A stretch of 64,000 nt of DNA, taken from positions 6,592,001 through 6,656,000 of the forward strand of contig OY762069.1 of assembly GCA_963665095.1 (NCBI GenBank), in the 5' to 3' direction. A model generated the notes under the pieces. It was not told where the DNA came from. It did not search any database and was given only the letters and a program-made list of their open reading frames with translations. Positions 60,276 to 64,000 of this stretch are shown here, in pieces (the first letter of the stretch is position 1; each line of letters opens with the position of its first letter). The translations under genes and the position numbers were made by a program. The DNA is from an uncultured Desulfobacter sp. GTDB taxonomy: Bacteria; Desulfobacterota; Desulfobacteria; Desulfobacterales; Desulfobacteraceae.

Positions 60276-60455
60276 GGTTGTCCGCAGGCTGATTGTTTTT
60301 ATGTGCGGTTATTGCCGCTTGATCATTCATATACCGGCAAATCAACCCTTTTTCACAGAGATCACCCATGGGGAATTGTCGTTTTCCGTAACAGCAGGCA
60401 TTTTGCACTCATGGAATCCACAATAATGCCTTTCTGGGGATATTGGCAGCGGATT

Positions 60456-62012
60456 TTAACTGCCCAGTATTTGCCGGGCTGCTGCCATGGCGCAATTCTC
60501 ACCGTCAATGGCGGCAGAGACAATGCCCCCGGCATGGCCGGCCCCTTCGGCGCATGGAAAAAGACCCTGAATATCAGGGTGCATGAAAGATGCTTTGTCC
60601 CTGGGAATTCTTACCGGTGAGCTGGTTCGTGTTTCCACGCCGATAAGTTGAGCCTCACCGGAGGCAAAACCCGGCAGCTTTTTATTAAAAATCTGTAAAG
60701 CTTCCCGCAAACTTTCCACCATAAATTCTGGCAGAAACTCATGCAGTGGCATTGAGACAATACCGGGAATATAGGATGTGACATTCAGGCTGGAACTGGT
60801 TTTGCCATTTATAAAATCAGGGGCTTTCTGGGCTGGGGCCACTTGGCTGTTGCCACCTGATTTATAGGCTGCCTGCTCCAGCATGGTACGCAGTTTCAGT
60901 CCGGCAAACTCTTTTTCCCTGCTGTACTGCCCCCAGTCTTTCTCCCCGACACCCACCACAAACCCGCTGTTGGCAAAGGGGGAGTTCCGTTTGGACACCG
61001 ACATGCCATTAACCACCTGCTCGCCGGGGCTGGTGGCCGCCGGGACGATAATGCCGCCCGGGCACATGCAGAATGAAAACGCGCCTCTCTGGGCTGTCTG
61101 GCAGGTCAGGGAATAGGCTGCCGGCGGCAGGTTGGGGTTGTGGTTTTTTGAGCGGTACTGGATTTCATTGATCAGGGCCTGGGGATGCTCTATGCGGACG
61201 CCCATGGCAAAGGGTTTGGCCTCCATCCGGATGTTGTGCCGTGCCAGCATATCATAGATATCAACGGCGGAATGGCCTGTGGCCAGGATCAGTGCGTCCC
61301 CTGCCACCTCAAGGGACTGGTCGACAATTACCCCTTTCAGGGTGTGGTCCCGGATGATGAGATCAGTGATCCGGCTGTTAAACCGGATCTCTCCGCCGTT
61401 GGCAAGAATGGTCTGCCTGATGGCTGAAACAATGCCCGGCAGCCTGTTTGAACCGATATGGGGATGGGCGTCTATAAGGATATCCGGGTCTGCCCCGTGC
61501 TGGACCAGGATATTGAGAACTCTTCTGACATCACCGCGTTTTGTGGATCGGGTGTACAGTTTGCCATCGCTGTAGGCACCGGCTCCGCCTTCGCCAAAAC
61601 AGTAGTTGGAGTCGGGATTGACCTCATGCTTTCTCTGGATGGCACTGATGTCAAACCGACGGTCTTTCACATTTTTACCCCGCTCCAGGACAACGGGCCG
61701 GATGCCGGATTCAATGAGCTTGAGCGCGGCAAACATTCCGGCCGGGCCAAAGCCCGCAATGATCACTTTTTTATCCGGTTTTACCGGGGTGTAGGAGATG
61801 GTGGGATCCGGCAGGGCAAACGGTTCATTGATATACGCCTCATACCGAAGCCTGAACACCGGTGACTTGCGCGCGTCAATGGAGCGCTTAAGCGGAATCA
61901 GGGCGGTGATGTCAGATGCCTTGATTCCTGTTTTTTCAGCAGCCAGCTTTTGATGAAAGTCCCTGTCATAAAGCCTGTCAGGGTGTATGGTCAGTTCAAT
62001 CTGTTTTTTCAT
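60456..62012 (-). CDS. NAD(P)/FAD-dependent oxidoreductase (uncharacterised FAD-dependent dehydrogenase family)
   Basis: GFGPAG, FGEGGAGAYSDGKL, HPHIG, ATGHSA, SFCMCPGG, ETRTSSP, GAGHAGGI.SAAIDG. Confidence 0.92.
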   Translation of the reverse strand: MKKQIELTIHPDRLYDRDFHQKLAAEKTGIKASDITALIPLKRSIDARKSPVFRLRYEAYINEPFALPDPTISYTPVKPDKKVIIAGFGPAGMFAALKLIESGIRPVVLERGKNVKDRRFDISAIQRKHEVNPDSNYCFGEGGAGAYSDGKLYTRSTKRGDVRRVLNILVQHGADPDILIDAHPHIGSNRLPGIVSAIRQTILANGGEIRFNSRITDLIIRDHTLKGVIVDQSLEVAGDALILATGHSAVDIYDMLARHNIRMEAKPFAMGVRIEHPQALINEIQYRSKNHNPNLPPAAYSLTCQTAQRGAFSFCMCPGGIIVPAATSPGEQVVNGMSVSKRNSPFANSGFVVGVGEKDWGQYSREKEFAGLKLRTMLEQAAYKSGGNSQVAPAQKAPDFINGKTSSSLNVTSYIPGIVSMPLHEFLPEFMVESLREALQIFNKKLPGFASGEAQLIGVETRTSSPVRIPRDKASFMHPDIQGLFPCAEGAGHAGGIVSAAIDGENCAMAAARQILGS

Positions 62013-62367
62013 TGATATCCACTGTTGCAGGGAAAAATGGTTCCCGGCGTATTCTGGTTCCCAATTCTTCGTTGATATGTCCTATATGTCCACTTTTTTG
62101 TTTTTGTGGAATTATACGGTAAATAATTGCCATTTTTGTGGCATGCCAAGCTATGCCATGGCTAAGGTTAAACCCATCTATTTGGAATCTTTTGTCATCT
62201 GGAAAAGATTCCTTTTGCTTTAAAGAAGAAAATAAATACCTGTATGTGTGTTGTCAGTAAATAATTACCGCATTTGGCAAATGGTATGGTTACTGGTGCA
62301 TCTTCTGTTTTTTTCTTACGCATTGATTTTACACGTACTTTTTTAAATGTGGGGCGAACGGTTTTTT

Positions 62368-62383
62368 TGGCACAGTCTGTGCT
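62368..62383 (+). promoter_or_regulatory. Sigma54 (-24/-12) promoter
   Basis: TGGCAC-AGTCT-GTGCT with exact GG-N10-GC spacing, ~110 nt before the DUF2179 gene. Confidence 0.6.
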
Positions 62384-62493
62384 ATGAGGGCGGAGGGCAA
62401 AGCCGTCTGTGTTACTAACATACATCCCTGCAGCACAAATATCTGCAGCACTTATACATAACAAATAGTTTTTTTTATATAAGGAAATTTTCA

Positions 62494-63123
62494 ATGACAG
62501 GGTCAACCGTTTTAATGACTGGGTTTATTATTTTTTTTGCCAGGATTTGTGATGTCTCCTTTGGTACAGTGCGTACCATTGTGACCGTCCAGGGGCGGAC
62601 AGTAACAGCATTTTTTATGGCTGTTTTTGAGGTGACCATCTGGGTGCTGGTGATCAATGCAGTGATCGGTCAGATGGATGAGCAGCCGCTTCTGGTCATC
62701 TTTTATGCTTTGGGATATGCCACCGGCAATGTAGTGGGGATCAAGGTGGAAGAAAAGCTGGCCTTTGGTCTTTCCATTGTCAGGGTATTCTGTAAGAACT
62801 CCGGCAATGCCATTGCCGGCTCTATAAGAAGTTTTGGCCAGCCTGTGACCATGTTTGTGGGTGAAGGCATGCAGGGTCCTGTGTGTGAACTATATATCGC
62901 CTGTCGCAGAAAGGATCTTCAGCGGATTATCAATGAAATTAGAAAAGAGGACGACCAGGCATTTTATGTGGTGGAGCCGGCCAAAACCATGAACCGGGTG
63001 TTGCCGTCTGTGGCTGCGTCGCCTTCCAAATGGCCCATGGGTGGTATGCCAGGTAACATGTGGCGTTCTGCTTTGAGGCCGCAACCGTCTGCCATACCTG
63101 CCGCCCGTACGCAAGGCCTTTAA
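62494..63123 (+). CDS. DUF2179/UPF0316 membrane protein
   Basis: IFFARICDVSFGTVR, FEV.IW, YALGYATGN.VG..VEEKLA.G, G.G..G, D..AF. Confidence 0.9.
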   Translation: MTGSTVLMTGFIIFFARICDVSFGTVRTIVTVQGRTVTAFFMAVFEVTIWVLVINAVIGQMDEQPLLVIFYALGYATGNVVGIKVEEKLAFGLSIVRVFCKNSGNAIAGSIRSFGQPVTMFVGEGMQGPVCELYIACRRKDLQRIINEIRKEDDQAFYVVEPAKTMNRVLPSVAASPSKWPMGGMPGNMWRSALRPQPSAIPAARTQGL

Positions 63124-63211
63124 CGGCGAGTGGATGGGGCCTGCCCGGGGTCTGATGCCGGATTAATTTTCAAGGTTTTTCTTTAACAGATTGTTTATAT
63201 AGCCTATAATC

Positions 63212-63380
63212 AGTGCCTGAACGAAAACCCCGTGTTTGGTGTTTGAACGCAAAGTTGCCCAGATGCAAGGCGCAAGCAACGCTGCAACCGCAAGCGTACT
63301 CCAGTACGTGAGGCCCGATTATATGATTTGGCAGCTTTGTGCAGCAACGCCGAAGGTGGGTGACTTTTCGTTCAAACACT
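63212..63380. mobile_element. MITE-like non-autonomous repeat
   Basis: Right end GACTTTTCGTTCAAACACT is complementary to both AGTGCCTGAACGAAAACCC (63212) and GGTGTTTGAACGCAAAGTT (63238); internal palindrome CGTACT-CC-AGTACG; no credible ORF. Confidence 0.75.
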
Positions 63381-63430
63381 ATTTAATCCCATTAAACACT
63401 TGAAAGAGGACGCTTGAAAAGGAGTGGCGA

Positions 63431-63763
63431 ATGATTGAGTGGGCCTATCTGAGAAACGGCTGTGAATCCTGTAAAAAGGCTAAAAAATATTTTGAGGAAC
63501 ACGGGATAGACATCGATCTGACCGTTGAGGCGAGAAAAGAAAAAATTGATGCCCAAAAAGCCTGGGAATTAATCAAACACCAGAATAACGTGTATATCGC
63601 CAAAGGGCAGAAAAAGGTGCTGGCCTTCATTCCCGGAGAAGCGGAAAGAGAAGAAATTTTAAAACATGCCCTGGGCCGGACCGGGAACCTGCGGGCACCT
63701 GCAGTCATCAGACTGACCAATATATTCATCGGGTTTAATCAGGATATTTACACCCGGCTATAG
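63431..63763 (+). CDS. ArsC/Spx-like thioredoxin-fold protein
   Basis: CESCKKA, LGRTGNLRAP, IGFN. Confidence 0.85.
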   Translation: MIEWAYLRNGCESCKKAKKYFEEHGIDIDLTVEARKEKIDAQKAWELIKHQNNVYIAKGQKKVLAFIPGEAEREEILKHALGRTGNLRAPAVIRLTNIFIGFNQDIYTRL

Positions 63764-64000
63764 CCTGTCTTAAAATTTCAGAATAAATTTTTTCCTGTTC
63801 ATCCAGGATATCGTCGAGAATCTCTTCGGTGGTATAAGGGTTCATAATAACGGATCGTAAAACTACCACGTTGAAGTCGTCAGCCGGATCAAGCTTGAGC
63901 CGGGTTCTGGAAACAAAGCTTCTTCCTGCTTCCCGCTGGATTCGCTGAACTTTGATATTGATTTCATCAAGGCTTTTGTTCAGGCATTCCCGTTCGATAT
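63735..64000 (-). CDS. PLP-dependent decarboxylase, PanP-like aspartate 1-decarboxylase (3' end only)
   Basis: Manual translation ...VQRIQREAGRSFVSRTRL...VVVLRSVIMNPYTTEEILDDILDEQEKIY...CKYPD*; overlaps the ArsC-like gene by 29 nt. Confidence 0.75.
   Translation of the reverse strand, partial: IERECLNKSLDEINIKVQRIQREAGRSFVSRTRLKLDPADDFNVVVLRSVIMNPYTTEEILDDILDEQEKIYSEILRQAIAGCKYPD

Noticed and set aside
62386..62460. c-di-GMP-I riboswitch after the sigma54 promoter (GGGCAAAGCC; CTGCAGCAC twice)
   Set aside because: Lacks the GNRA-capped P2 and its receptor; too short
63431..63763. Selenoprotein recoding in the ArsC-like gene
   Set aside because: CxxC uses TGT codons; no in-frame TGA
1..64000. 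CRISPR array, tRNA, rRNA, prophage or integron
   Set aside because: No regularly spaced repeats, cloverleaf motifs, rRNA sequence, phage genes or integrase seen on manual reading

Overview
Bacterial chromosomal window whose gene content (CooS, CCG-domain Fe-S proteins, many hybrid kinases, ADP-forming acyl-CoA synthetase, a typical MITE) points to an anaerobic sulfate-reducing Desulfobacterales member; this assignment is inference. Left to right: 5' part of cooS with a strongly structured ~220-nt leader; secreted PQQ-type beta-propeller; internally deleted DUF4338/ISAs1 element; VanH-like D-lactate dehydrogenase; signalling block (three hybrid kinases, response regulator, class III cyclase); FadR-glpD-FGGY kinase-alkyl-DHAP-synthase-like operon; GGDEF/DUF294/HD-GYP operon; 711-aa LOG fusion; DsbC-like protein; glgP flanked by two pseudogenes; TonB receptor and Btu/Fec-type ABC operon with a leader terminator; probable IS110 left-end remnant; LysR-controlled three-gene corrinoid methyltransferase system; TPR-like + DUF2117 pair; acyl-CoA synthetase; FAD/Fe-S oxidoreductase operon; stand-alone dnaK; minimal sufC/sufB-like (SMS) pair; FAD oxidoreductase; DUF2179; MITE; ArsC-like protein; 3' end of a PanP-like decarboxylase. 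No rRNA, tRNA or CRISPR array was seen. Best novelty candidates: the five-hairpin closed RNA junction abutting the cooS Shine-Dalgarno, the FadR-controlled ether/glycerolipid-like operon, the His-rich TPR + DUF2117 pair, and the LOG fusion. All family assignments come from motif recognition, not database searches.
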